Below, piece after piece: positions 38,753-48,873 of a stretch of DNA of 64,000 nt. The position numbers were made by a program, and so were the translations under genes. The notes under the pieces are model-generated. The model saw nothing but the letters and a program-made list of their open reading frames with translations, ran no database searches and was not told where the DNA came from. The DNA comes from a bacterium. Lineage in GTDB: Bacteria; UBA8248; JACPRG01; G963555815. The stretch lies in the NCBI GenBank assembly GCA_965261595.1, contig CBDHDG010000004.1, forward strand, positions 672,001-736,000, read 5' to 3'. The stretch's first letter is position 1; the number at the start of each line of letters is the position of its first letter.

Positions 38753-40032
38753 GGCTCGCGGCTCCGGCGTCCCGCCGTCTCGATGAGGCCGCACGCCCTT
38801 TGGACCAGAGCTTCGGCGAATTCCGGATCGTTGATGTGGGCGTCGACCCGCCGGACCGGAACCCCTTCCAGACCGGCCTCCAGCGCCTTCAGGAAGGCGC
38901 GGTCGGCCTCCGGGTCGAACCAGCGGGCCTTCGGACTGCCTTCGTGGGGGGAGACCTCGGGGCCGCCTTCGCGGTCCAGCGACGAAAACCCGCGAAGCGG
39001 GACCAGGACCTCCACGGGTCCGGCCGCGGCGTTGAGCTTGCGGGCCATCAAGCCTCCGAGCGCGCGGCTCTCCTCCGCGTTCGCGCGCATCAGGAGAATG
39101 TCCGCGTTGTAGCGGTGCAGCGTGCGCCGTCCGAACCGCTCGGCGGGAAAATCCTTCACCCAGAAATTCACCAGGTCCAGCGCGCCGGGGACAACCACCT
39201 GGGGGACGCCCGCCTTTCCCGCGCCCTCGAGCCGGTCCGGTCCGGCCGCGAAGCTTCCGCCGAGCAGGGCGTCCGTGAGCTCGCTCGTCGTCAGATCCAC
39301 GGCCCCGGCGAACATCCCCCGGGCGGCCAGGTCCTCGAGGGCCCGGCCTCCCGGTCCGCTCGCGTGAAACAGCATCACCTCGTAGCCCTTCGCCTCCAAA
39401 CCGGATTTGGCCGCGTCCACGCAGGGCTGGGTGACGCCGAAGGAAGACATCGCGACCAGGGGGAGGGGGCTCGCCATATCCGGGTACGGACGCGCGGCCA
39501 TCCCGAGGACGGCCCCGACGGCTTCGGCCAGGATCCTCCGGGTGGTGCGGTTCAGGGACAAGTCCCCGATGGAGGAGAGCATCATGATGTCGCCCGCGCC
39601 GACGTAATGGGCGACCTCGCCGGAGGCCATCGCGGAGACCATCACCTTGGGAAAACCGATGGGGAGGGTCCGCATAACGCCCGTAGCGAGCACCGTCCCG
39701 TTCGCGCCGCCGAGGCCCATGACGCCCTGGACCTCGCTCTTCGCGGCCCACCCGCCGACCAGACGCGCGGCGCCTTCGACCAAAACCCGCGCCGCGTCCC
39801 GACGGTCCAGGCGGTGGACCGCCGCAAGGTCCATCCCGCCCAGGGCCGCCACCTCCCCCGGGAGGACGTCCGCCTCCGCCGCGCCTTCTCCCCGTAGGCT
39901 CACGTCCACCAGACGAACGTCCGCGCCCGCCTCGCCCAGAAGGGTCCGGACAAAGTCATACTCGGGCATCTTCGTGTCGAGCGTCCCGATGAGGGCGATG
40001 GTGATCTTCTCGCGGCTCAAAGCGTGATCCAT
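38749..40032 (-). CDS. Tm-1-like ATP-binding domain protein (UPF0261)
   Basis: GTLDTK, LPIGFPKVMVS, FGVT.PC, FHASG.GG, PGALDLVNF, HINDPEFA. Confidence 0.9.
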   Translation of the reverse strand: MDHALSREKITIALIGTLDTKMPEYDFVRTLLGEAGADVRLVDVSLRGEGAAEADVLPGEVAALGGMDLAAVHRLDRRDAARVLVEGAARLVGGWAAKSEVQGVMGLGGANGTVLATGVMRTLPIGFPKVMVSAMASGEVAHYVGAGDIMMLSSIGDLSLNRTTRRILAEAVGAVLGMAARPYPDMASPLPLVAMSSFGVTQPCVDAAKSGLEAKGYEVMLFHASGPGGRALEDLAARGMFAGAVDLTTSELTDALLGGSFAAGPDRLEGAGKAGVPQVVVPGALDLVNFWVKDFPAERFGRRTLHRYNADILLMRANAEESRALGGLMARKLNAAAGPVEVLVPLRGFSSLDREGGPEVSPHEGSPKARWFDPEADRAFLKALEAGLEGVPVRRVDAHINDPEFAEALVQRACGLIETAGRRSREP

Positions 40033-40445
40033 CCGTCGTGCGACCAGCCTTGGCGGCGGTCTGATGGATTTGAGAAAATCCGACGCGGGTCGGGCCGATC
40101 CTCCCGCCCCCCCTTCCCCCCCTCAGACTCCTCGGATTTCTCGGCGATAAGATAAATTCGAGGCTACTCAACCACCCGTGCGTTCGTCAAACAAAATGGG
40201 CTCGGACCATTCGGGATCGGCGCGGCCTGAGGGACCGGCGTCGACTTCCGACCGCGGAAATCCGTCTATCCGGTTCTCGGTCCAGTCCCCCCGAAATCTC
40301 TCTCATTCAAAAAAACTGTTGACCCACCGCGCCAACACGGTCACATTATCCAAGCGTGTAATTGTGCCTGCATTTGTAAGGATGTTCGTCTCGTTTGCGG
40401 AGATCGCAAACAGTTCCTGTGGAACCCAGGGAGGAAGCTGAGTCG

Positions 40446-40670
40446 ATGGCTACCAAGAAACCCGCCGCGAAAAAATCTTCGGCCAAAAAGACCACCGCGA
40501 AACGCGCCGCACCGAAGAAGGCCGCGGCCAAAAAAACCACCGCAAAACGCGCCGCGCCGAAAAAGGCCGCGGCCAAAAAAACCACGGCCAAAAGAGCGCC
40601 TGCCAAAAAGGCCGCCGCGAGAAAGACCACAGCCAAAAAGAAAACAGCGAGCAAGGCCAGAAAAAGATAG
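40446..40670 (+). CDS. Histone H1-like Lys/Ala-rich basic protein
   Basis: 74 aa of [15 protein letters not shown] repeats; GGAGGA RBS. Confidence 0.8.
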   Translation: MATKKPAAKKSSAKKTTAKRAAPKKAAAKKTTAKRAAPKKAAAKKTTAKRAPAKKAAARKTTAKKKTASKARKR

Positions 40671-40850
40671 GGCCGGCATTTACAGAACGGCCGCGGAACG
40701 AAAACCTCGTCTTGCGCCGGGGAGCGGAATTCCCATTCCGTCCCCGGCCGGGCGTGATCATGTATCCATACGGTTCACGCTGTGGACTGACCCAAGCGGT
40801 CCCGGGAGGCCGGCCCGTCCTCTCTCGTCACCGCTCCCACGCCACGGGGC

Positions 40851-41696
40851 GTGACTTCCGCACGACCCGCCCGAAATGAAATTTCGTGCGGCGCCTTGCG
40901 CCCCAGTTTCCGGTATGGACAGCGCAACGGCCTCTCTATCCCTGAGACCCGGGCGGTTCGGTCATTGACGAATTCCAGGAAGATCTCACGAATCGATTCA
41001 CCGCCCGGAGAACGCCGGACGGACGCCTCCCGGCTTGAGCTCCTCCGCCGGCTTTTCAACCGGTTGAACCGGGAGTTGTTCCGCGACGCCCTCCCCGCAC
41101 CCAAGCTCCGCCTCAGCCGCCGGATGAAATCGAGCGCGGGCTCCGTCCAGTACGGCTCGGCGCACAGAATCCTGACCATCTCCATCCCCTATCACGATCA
41201 TTTCGGTTGGGACGAAGAGCTTGTCTCCACCATGAAGCATGAGATGCTTCACCTCCACTTGGAGCGCACCCGCGGGATTCGGGGCCACGGCAAGGTGTTC
41301 TCCGACATGTGCAAGGCGCTCGGGACTGAGCGCTACTGCAAGGCGCGCACGCACGCGGGACCGACGCACTTGTACCGATGCCCGATGTGCAAAACCGAGT
41401 ACACGTATCGAAAAAAGGTTCGGCTCTATTGCGGCTCGTGCCATCCGGCGGCCGGATTCAGAAGGACAAGGCTCCGCCTCGTCCGGACGACGACGCCCCG
41501 GCCGGCCGCGGCGGTCACGGCCCCGGAGCGGCCGCGGGAAATCCCGGCCCTGGCGGAGCGGACGGGAAGACAATTGCCGCTTCCGGGCTTTGAAGACGTC
41601 CAGCTTCAGCGCACGGCCGCCCGGCATCGAAAAAAAAACTCCGACGGGATCTTCCCCGAAGTGACACGAAGGATGGGCGACGGCCCGATCCCCTGA
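40851..41696 (+). CDS. SprT-like zinc metalloprotease
   Basis: LNRELF, HEMLH, HG..F, CPMC/CGSC ribbon; start uncertain. Confidence 0.8.
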   Translation: MTSARPARNEISCGALRPSFRYGQRNGLSIPETRAVRSLTNSRKISRIDSPPGERRTDASRLELLRRLFNRLNRELFRDALPAPKLRLSRRMKSSAGSVQYGSAHRILTISIPYHDHFGWDEELVSTMKHEMLHLHLERTRGIRGHGKVFSDMCKALGTERYCKARTHAGPTHLYRCPMCKTEYTYRKKVRLYCGSCHPAAGFRRTRLRLVRTTTPRPAAAVTAPERPREIPALAERTGRQLPLPGFEDVQLQRTAARHRKKNSDGIFPEVTRRMGDGPIP

Positions 41697-41720
41697 ACGC
41701 CCCGATTCCAGGGTGAGCCT

Positions 41721-42182
41721 TTGGACCCTCCCTTGTGGACGGCCGAGCACGTCCGATTTCTGGAGACGGCGAGGGTGGGCCATCTCGCGACGGCCGACGG
41801 CCGTGGACGTCCTTCCGTCGTTCCCGTGGTGTTCGTCCTGGACGGCGGAAAGGTGTACACGCCCATCGACGGCAAACCCAAGGGCGACGCGGGGACACTC
41901 CGCCGGATCCGGAACATCCGGGAAAACCCCGCCGTCGCCTTCCTGGTCGACCGATACGATGAGGATTGGACGCGTCTGGCCTTCGTCCACATCCGGGGAA
42001 CCGCCGCCATCCTGAGCGCCGGGGCGGCCGGATCCGGTCCGGCGGACAGCGACGAATTTTCCAGAGCCGAGACCCTTCTCAGAGAGAAGCACCCCCAATA
42101 TCGTTCCGTTCCCCTGGGCGGTCCGGGAGGATTGATGATTCGAATCAACCCCAAGAGCTGCACCGCCTGGGGGCCGTTGTGA
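41721..42182 (+). CDS. PPOX-class (putative F420-dependent) oxidoreductase
   Basis: RVGHLAT, PSVVPVVF, DGKPK, RIRNIRENP, DRYDEDW. Confidence 0.85.
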   Translation: MDPPLWTAEHVRFLETARVGHLATADGRGRPSVVPVVFVLDGGKVYTPIDGKPKGDAGTLRRIRNIRENPAVAFLVDRYDEDWTRLAFVHIRGTAAILSAGAAGSGPADSDEFSRAETLLREKHPQYRSVPLGGPGGLMIRINPKSCTAWGPL

Positions 42183-43279
42183 AGCTGAAACTTCCCAAGC
42201 TCCCCCGGCCTGAACGGGCCGACGAGGCCCCGCCGCTCATCGGGGTCGCCGGCCAAAGCGGCCCGGTCCTGCTCTCCGCGCTCAAGGGCCTTGCGGACCT
42301 GGGCAGGATCCGCATCGCCGGCCTTTGGGCGCCGCCCGGCGTGACTTGCGAACCGGCCGCCGATTCACTCCACCTTCCTCCGGAAAACCGATTCGACGAC
42401 CTGGAGGCGCTGCTTCGCCGGGAAAGGTTGACCGCTCTCCTCGTGACGGGGGCCTTCGAGGACCGGACCGAGACCATCCGAAAGACCGTGGAACGGAAGG
42501 TCCACGTTCTGGCCGAGCCGCCCCTCGCCGGAACCGCGGCCGAGGCCGAATCGCTCATCGACGCGGCGGCCGCCGCCGGGGTCCACCTGGGCGCGATCCA
42601 CAGCGCCCGCTATGACGCCCTCTACGCAGAGCCCCTTGGGGCCGTGCGGGAGGGGCGGATTGGAGAGGTCCTGTTCGTCCGGACCGAAGGCCCCGGTCCG
42701 GACGCCCTCGACGCGGATGATGGGGCGGCCCCCTTTTCCGCGCAGCTCTACGAGGACATCTACCTGACCCGCGCCTGGGCCTCCGCCCCCGTGACCTCCG
42801 TCTACGCGCGCACGGAATGCCGCAAGCGCCGCCGGAGCGAGGCGGGTTTTACGGTGCTGCACCTCGGCCACGCCGGAGGCGGCGCCTCGGTCCTGGGGCG
42901 GATCAACACGGCCGGCGCGCCGTCGGAGGTCCGCGAGATTCACGGGACGGACGGCGCCATTCGGATTCACCGGGCCGAGCGGGCGTGGTCTCTCCGCAAG
43001 CGGACGGAGGGGGGGGAAGACGAAGCGGGCGCCTGGACGCGAAACGATCCGGGCGAGGAGACACTGCGCGACGGCGCGGCGCCCGAGGGCATCCCGGCCG
43101 GGACGGGCGCCCGCCCCAGCGCCCGGGCGCTGGATGACGCCTTCACCTCCTTCGCCCGGGGGCTTCCCCCGCCGGTGGATGGACGCGAGGCCTGGCTCAA
43201 CCTCCGCGCCCTCGACGCCGTCCGCGAATCCGCCCGCACGGGGGAGGTGGTCCGGGTGGAAATCTCCTTCCCCCGGTAG
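42179..43279 (+). CDS. Divergent Gfo/Idh/MocA-family oxidoreductase
   Basis: HVLAEPPLA, GRIGEV, EIHGTDG, ESARTG; GTGA overlap. Confidence 0.75.
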   Translation: MKLKLPKLPRPERADEAPPLIGVAGQSGPVLLSALKGLADLGRIRIAGLWAPPGVTCEPAADSLHLPPENRFDDLEALLRRERLTALLVTGAFEDRTETIRKTVERKVHVLAEPPLAGTAAEAESLIDAAAAAGVHLGAIHSARYDALYAEPLGAVREGRIGEVLFVRTEGPGPDALDADDGAAPFSAQLYEDIYLTRAWASAPVTSVYARTECRKRRRSEAGFTVLHLGHAGGGASVLGRINTAGAPSEVREIHGTDGAIRIHRAERAWSLRKRTEGGEDEAGAWTRNDPGEETLRDGAAPEGIPAGTGARPSARALDDAFTSFARGLPPPVDGREAWLNLRALDAVRESARTGEVVRVEISFPR

Positions 43280-43468
43280 CGTCCCGCAGTCTCTTCGCGC
43301 GCATTCCAGGTGAACCGCCTGCTCCGGCGCGCTGATCTCAATCCATCAAAAAATTCCTGAATCCTTTCTCCCCGCCGGGTCTCTAAACCGTGTGAATGAG
43401 GAACAGTGGAAGGTCCAAAGAGACCTGAACAAGAACGCCAAACGGAAAAAGAGAAAGGGATCACAATC

Positions 43469-43807
43469 ATGAAGACCACGAAGATTTTCAAGGCTGTTGC
43501 TTTTTCGGACCTGCTCCTCGCGGGAACCACGGGCGCCGCGCTGGCCCAGGATAGTCTGGTATCCGGCGAGCCCTATCAGGGATTCTTCCAGGGCGTTACG
43601 ATTCCGGCCAACGGGCCCATCGTGACGACCCGCGTGGCGACTGAAGCCCCCGGGAATCTCGTGGCCGTCGAAGGTCAGGCGATTTATCAGGGTGGTCTGA
43701 GCAACGCCAAGCTGGCCGGCCTGAACCCGGAAGCGGTTATCGGTCAGGGTTGGTTCGAGACCGACGAGGACGCCGAGGAGGCCATCTCCATCGCGATGGC
43801 CAAGTAA
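43469..43807 (+). CDS. Hypothetical secreted protein
   Basis: RBS, signal-like N-terminus ending ALA, downstream terminator. Confidence 0.6.
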   Translation: MKTTKIFKAVAFSDLLLAGTTGAALAQDSLVSGEPYQGFFQGVTIPANGPIVTTRVATEAPGNLVAVEGQAIYQGGLSNAKLAGLNPEAVIGQGWFETDEDAEEAISIAMAK

Positions 43808-43890
43808 CAAGATGACCGCGGACCGGAAACCGCCCGGTGATCCAGGGCGGTTTCCGGACCCGAAGGAAATGGGGAGCCTTCCCCGAATCG

Positions 43891-43922
43891 AAAAGCCACC
43901 CTGAAGGGGTGGCTTTTCTTTT
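43891..43922 (+). terminator. Rho-independent terminator
   Basis: AAAAGCCACCC-TGAAG-GGGTGGCTTTT followed by CTTTT. Confidence 0.75.
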
Positions 43923-44020
43923 GAGAACAGGGCCCTCTCGTGATATAGGAGAAGTCGGAATCGGTCCAAAGAAGAGAGGGACACCTCGGCCGCCAGGCCC
44001 AACGGGAAAGCGTCATCGGC

Positions 44021-44653
44021 ATGCACCGCTTCGCGTGTTTGGAAGTCCTCGCCTCCCGCCTCCGGGACGAGCTCTGCATCGTGGGGCTGGGGGGATTGGT
44101 GGACGAGTGGACCGAGTTGTATCCCGCGCACCGGAGCCTCCCTGTGAACGCCATGGGGTGTGTCGTGCCCCTGGCCCTGGGCGTCGCGGCGGGGCTTCCC
44201 GGGCGGCGGATCGTGGCCCTGGAAGGCGAGGGAAGCCTGTTGATGAACATCGGGATTCTGGCGACCCTCGGCAATGAGAATCCCCCCAACCTTCTGACCG
44301 TCGTCTTCGACAACCACTCCTTCGAGAGCTCGGGCGGGTTCGGCACACACACGGGAGAGGCAACGGACCTGGCCGCGATTGGAAGCGGCGCGGGGATCGG
44401 GCGGGCTTACGCCGTCTCGGACGTGGACGGTTTCAGCGGGGTCCTGGACGAATCTCTGGCCTTGAGCGAGCAGACGCTCATCATCGCGCGGGTCGACAAA
44501 GGGACCCGCCTCTCCCCCCAGCGCGAGACGGACGGATTGGAGGACAAATACAACTTCGTCCGTCACGTGGAGAAACTCGAATCCACCCGAATCATCCCGG
44601 TCGTTCCCCGCAAGAGGTATGACGTCGAGCTGCCTTGGAAAGCGAGAAACTGA
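44021..44653 (+). CDS. TPP-binding decarboxylase beta subunit (sulfopyruvate/phosphonopyruvate decarboxylase-like)
   Basis: AMG...PLALG, EGEGSLLMN...VFDN TPP motif. Confidence 0.8.
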   Translation: MHRFACLEVLASRLRDELCIVGLGGLVDEWTELYPAHRSLPVNAMGCVVPLALGVAAGLPGRRIVALEGEGSLLMNIGILATLGNENPPNLLTVVFDNHSFESSGGFGTHTGEATDLAAIGSGAGIGRAYAVSDVDGFSGVLDESLALSEQTLIIARVDKGTRLSPQRETDGLEDKYNFVRHVEKLESTRIIPVVPRKRYDVELPWKARN

Positions 44654-44666
44654 CTCGGCGGTTTCA

Positions 44667-46022
44667 TCACCCCCCGAGGATCTCGGCCGCCTTCCGCGCG
44701 GCCTTCTCCCCCACGTCGATGCGCTCGAACTTCGCTTCCTTTCCATGAGTCACGGTCGCGTCGAGGCCCATCTTCGTCGTGAGCAGGGATCCGTCCCGCC
44801 GCTCGGCGGAGGGATCGATGGCGAAGCCGGCCGCCTTCGGGATCGTGACCAGGTCCCGGTCGGCCTGAAACCGCGAGGACACCGCCCAAGCGACCATCCG
44901 GCCGTCCTCCGGGTCCACGTCTTCGTCCACGACCACCACCTGCTTGAGCACGGAAAACAGGCCGAAGCAAAGGGCCATCACGTCCCGGGCGTGGCCGGGC
45001 CGGCTCTTTCGGATCGAGACCACGGCGTGGGTGGAGCACGTGCCCGGCACAAGATGGAGCGCCCGGACGGCGGGGTCCTGGGCGCGCAGGCGGAGTTCCA
45101 TCGGAATCGCATAGGCCACGGCGAGGAGGGATTCCTCGTCCCGGCTCCAGGGCAACAGGGCGTGGTAGAGGGGGTTCTCCCGGTGCGTGACCGCCGTCAC
45201 CTCGATGATGTGGCTCCGGTTGTGCGTATAAACGCCGGAGCTCTCTCCCATGGGGCCTTCCTTCACCCGATCGCCCGGCAGGACCCGGCCCTCGAGGACC
45301 ATCTCGGCATGGGCGGGAACCGGGAGGTCCACGCTGACGCCGTCCGCGACCTCGACGGCCCCGCCCCTCAGCCCGCCCACGGACTCCAGCTTATCCGCCC
45401 CGGGTCCGGACTGAAGAACGGAGCCGAGATACAACCCCGGCTCCGCGCCCAGAACGATCCCGACCGGAAAGTCTTCGCCGCGCGCCTCGGCATCCGCCAG
45501 ATGGCGGGTCAGGGGCGGGCTGATGATCTGCGCGCTCAACTGATTGGGCGTCTTCCGGATCTGGAGGCGGTAGATCCCCATGTTGACCCGGCGGGTCTCC
45601 GGGTCGCGATAGAAGAGGATGCCGCAGGTGATATAGGGGCCGGAGTCCCGCTCGTGGTAGGTGAAAACGGGGATCAGGGACGACAGGTCGATGCCCCTTT
45701 TCCGGACGACCTGCTGAACAGGCGTGTTTCGGGCCTTGCGAGGCTTGATTCGCCGGCCGAGGCGATCCATGACGGTCCGCCGATAATCTCCCTCCGACCC
45801 GAGCGCAAGGTTCAGCCGCCGGCGCGTGCTGAGCAGGTTGCCGACGGCGGGGACGCGGCGCCCCCTCAGGTTCTCGAACCAGACGGCCGGCCCGCCCGAA
45901 TCATCGAGGGAGCGCAGGACGGCCGAGGCCTCCAGGCGGGGGCGGACGGACCGTCCGACGCGAAGGAGGTCCCCCTGATTTTCCAGCTCCTCCAGAAACG
46001 AGCGCAGGTCCCGGTAGGCCAA
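44667..46022 (-). CDS. UbiD-family decarboxylase
   Basis: DLRSFL..LE, DSGPYIT, NMGIYRLQ, EGPMGE, VVVDEDVD, KMGLDAT. Confidence 0.92.
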   Translation of the reverse strand: MAYRDLRSFLEELENQGDLLRVGRSVRPRLEASAVLRSLDDSGGPAVWFENLRGRRVPAVGNLLSTRRRLNLALGSEGDYRRTVMDRLGRRIKPRKARNTPVQQVVRKRGIDLSSLIPVFTYHERDSGPYITCGILFYRDPETRRVNMGIYRLQIRKTPNQLSAQIISPPLTRHLADAEARGEDFPVGIVLGAEPGLYLGSVLQSGPGADKLESVGGLRGGAVEVADGVSVDLPVPAHAEMVLEGRVLPGDRVKEGPMGESSGVYTHNRSHIIEVTAVTHRENPLYHALLPWSRDEESLLAVAYAIPMELRLRAQDPAVRALHLVPGTCSTHAVVSIRKSRPGHARDVMALCFGLFSVLKQVVVVDEDVDPEDGRMVAWAVSSRFQADRDLVTIPKAAGFAIDPSAERRDGSLLTTKMGLDATVTHGKEAKFERIDVGEKAARKAAEILGG

Positions 46023-46125
46023 TGTTCTCCCTCCTCGTATGCGGGTCGAAATAAGGGCGTCTTACTCTTGAGCCGGATTTTTCCCACCAACCATTGGCAA
46101 AACGGCCGGAAAGTCCCCGCGCCCA

Positions 46126-48501
46126 TCACAGCCGGAACTCCGGCCCACCCCCCTCCCCCCCCCCGGCCTGGATGATCCCCCACAACCGGAACGGTGTCAG
46201 GGGAACCTCATGAATCCGGATGCCGTGGGGTTCGAGCGCGTTCTCGACCGCGGCGACGATCGCGGCCGGGGCCGCCATCGTTCCGCCCTCCCCCGCGCCC
46301 TTGACGCCCAACGGATTGAAGGGTGACGGGCTCTCCATGTGGGAAAGCTCGAAATCCGGCACGTCCGTGGCCAACGGCAGGAGGTAATCCAGGAAGGTGG
46401 ACGCCAGGGGGGTTCCGTTCTCGTCAAACACCACTTCCTCGATCAACGCCTCCCCGATCCCGTGAACCACCCCGCCCTGGATCTGCCCGTCGAGCAGCAT
46501 GGGGTTAAGCACCCGGCCGCAATCGTGGGCGACGTGGTGGCGCAGGACTTTCACAAACCCCGTATGCGCGTCCACCTCGACCACAACGACGTGACACGCG
46601 GCGGCGGTCGCCGCCCGGCTCGGGGTGTAGTATTCGGAGACCTCGAGCCCGGGCGTCCGGCCGCTCATCATGATCCCCGGCACGCCCGCCGCCTCCTTGG
46701 CCAGCTCGCCGAACGCGACCGATCGATCGGGCGCCCCCCGGACGAAGACCTTTCCATCCGCGAGGTCCAGGTCCTCCGCCGAGGCCTCGAGGCGGGACGC
46801 CGCGCACTCGAACATTTTCTTCTTGAGGGCCTCCCCGCCCAGAAGAACCGAGTTCGCCGCCATCACCGCCACCCGGCTGGCGAACGTCCCGATGCCGTAG
46901 GGAATCGCGCGGGTGTCCCCCGTCACGACGGTGATGTCTTCGGGCGTCACGTTGAGGACGTCCGCCAATACCTGGGCCAGGACGGTTTCCGTGCCCTGCC
47001 CTTGCGGGGCCGCGCCGGTGGCGAGGAGGATCCGCCCGGAAGGCTCCACGCGGATCACCGCCCCCTCGAAGGGGCCGAAGCCGGTCCCCTCGACGTTGCA
47101 GCCGATGCCGATGCCGACGAGCCGGCCGTTCGCCGGATCCCCCTCTTCCCCCGGGCGGCGCACCCCCTTTTTGAATTCCTCATACCCCGTGGCTTCGAGG
47201 GCCTGGTCCATCAGCTTGGGATAGTCCCCGCTGTCGTACGTCATCATGCTTCCGTCCCGCGCCCGGAGTCCCACTTCGTAGGGCATGTCCTCGGGCTGAA
47301 CAAAGTTCCGGCGGCGGACCTCGGCGGGGTCCAGGCCCAGGGCGTGGGCAATGTGGTCGATCACCCGCTCCATGATGAAGGCGGCCTGGATGCGGCCGGC
47401 CCCGCGGACGGGGGCCACGGGGACCCGGTGGGTGTAAGCCGCTTCCAACACCCCTGAGAAGTTGGGGATTTTGTATGGGCCGGGAATGCACGTGAGAGAG
47501 AGCAGCGGGACAACGATGCTCCAGGGCAGATAGGCCCCCAAGTCGCAGATGCCGCGATCCCGCAAGGCCCGGATGCGGCCCTCATCATCGAACCCGATCT
47601 CCACCTCGTGGATCTGCTCGCGCTCCTGAACAGTCGTCTGGATATGTTCCAGGCGGTCCTCGATCCACTTGACGGACCCGCCCAGACGGATGGCCGCCCA
47701 GGCAATCACGGTGTCCTCGGGATAGGCATAAGCCTTCGGGCCGAATCCGCCCCCCACGTCCGGGGCGATGACGTCGATCGCGCTTTCCGGCCGGTCCAGC
47801 ATGTAGGCCAGGTCTTTGCGCATCAGATGAGGGGTCTGCGTGGAGGCGTAGAGGGTCAGGTGGTCGAACTTGGGATCGTACGAGGCCAGATGACCCCGGG
47901 TCTCCATGGCCCCGGACCCTCCGCGCTGCATCTTCAAACGGATCGTCTCCCGGCGCGGCGCCCGGGCCAGCGCTTTCTCCGCGTCTCCGATGTTGACCTC
48001 GAGGCGGGCCGCCAGGTTGTCGCCCAGGTCGTCGTGAACCAGGGGCGCGCCTTCCTTCAAGGCGTCGGCCGGATGGACCGTCGCCTCGAGGATTTCGTAG
48101 GACGCCCGAATGCCTTCGAGGGCGTCCTCGGCCCGCGCGCGGCTTTCCGCCAGAACAACGGCGACGGGCTCGCCCATGTAGCGCGTCTTGTCCTTCGCCA
48201 GGGGGACGGTGTTATGCGGCCGGAGCGCGGGATGGGGAACGGGGACGGGGTATTCCTTCCACGCCGCCCCCAGGCCTTCGGCGGTGAACGCGGCTGCGGC
48301 CCCGGCCTTCAAGGCCCCCGAGACATCGATGGATTCAATCCGGGCATGGGCGTAGGGAGACCGGAGGAAGGCGGCGTGCAGGGCGCCGGAATCGGGCAGA
48401 TCGTCGATGTATCGGCCATTCCCGGTCAGCAGCCGCTTGTCCTCGATCCGCGGAACGCGCGCACCGAAAAACCGGGGATTCAAAAGCGGGCCTGAGCTCA
48501 T
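46126..48501 (-). CDS. CoxL-like molybdenum hydroxylase large subunit (not form I CODH)
   Basis: RIEDKRLLTG, DVGGGFGPK, PVRGAGR, YDSGDY, NPLGVKGAGE. Confidence 0.9.
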   Translation of the reverse strand: MSSGPLLNPRFFGARVPRIEDKRLLTGNGRYIDDLPDSGALHAAFLRSPYAHARIESIDVSGALKAGAAAAFTAEGLGAAWKEYPVPVPHPALRPHNTVPLAKDKTRYMGEPVAVVLAESRARAEDALEGIRASYEILEATVHPADALKEGAPLVHDDLGDNLAARLEVNIGDAEKALARAPRRETIRLKMQRGGSGAMETRGHLASYDPKFDHLTLYASTQTPHLMRKDLAYMLDRPESAIDVIAPDVGGGFGPKAYAYPEDTVIAWAAIRLGGSVKWIEDRLEHIQTTVQEREQIHEVEIGFDDEGRIRALRDRGICDLGAYLPWSIVVPLLSLTCIPGPYKIPNFSGVLEAAYTHRVPVAPVRGAGRIQAAFIMERVIDHIAHALGLDPAEVRRRNFVQPEDMPYEVGLRARDGSMMTYDSGDYPKLMDQALEATGYEEFKKGVRRPGEEGDPANGRLVGIGIGCNVEGTGFGPFEGAVIRVEPSGRILLATGAAPQGQGTETVLAQVLADVLNVTPEDITVVTGDTRAIPYGIGTFASRVAVMAANSVLLGGEALKKKMFECAASRLEASAEDLDLADGKVFVRGAPDRSVAFGELAKEAAGVPGIMMSGRTPGLEVSEYYTPSRAATAAACHVVVVEVDAHTGFVKVLRHHVAHDCGRVLNPMLLDGQIQGGVVHGIGEALIEEVVFDENGTPLASTFLDYLLPLATDVPDFELSHMESPSPFNPLGVKGAGEGGTMAAPAAIVAAVENALEPHGIRIHEVPLTPFRLWGIIQAGGGEGGGPEFRL

Positions 48502-48873
48502 GAGGGACCTCTCGTTTGGGTGAAGAAGGCTTCTCCACGGCGTCTACGATGTGGTGACAGCCGGCGGATCTCATCCCGCGTCCGGGTCCGCGCCTCCGAC
48601 AGCGCCGCCTTCCCCGCCCGATAAGCCCGCCCCTGAAAAACTGTGCATATCATAATCGAAATGACGGTCGGATTCACACCGCCCTTCCGCCCGAAGAACC
48701 CCGGCTTGTCGTTGGCCTATAATGAAACCGGTTCGGATCGTCATCGGGGGGACCCGGTTCGGCCGCGCCGGGATGGCCGGCCCGCACTTCGTGGCGACTC
48801 CGGCGGCCTCCCGGTCCGGATGGGTCCCCGGGGGCGGGATCGGCGGGACGTAATGTTTTCCGGAGGCTGAGGA

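Noticed and set aside
46126..48501. Aerobic CO dehydrogenase form I
   Set aside because: Active-site loop is PVRGAGR, not AYxCSFR.
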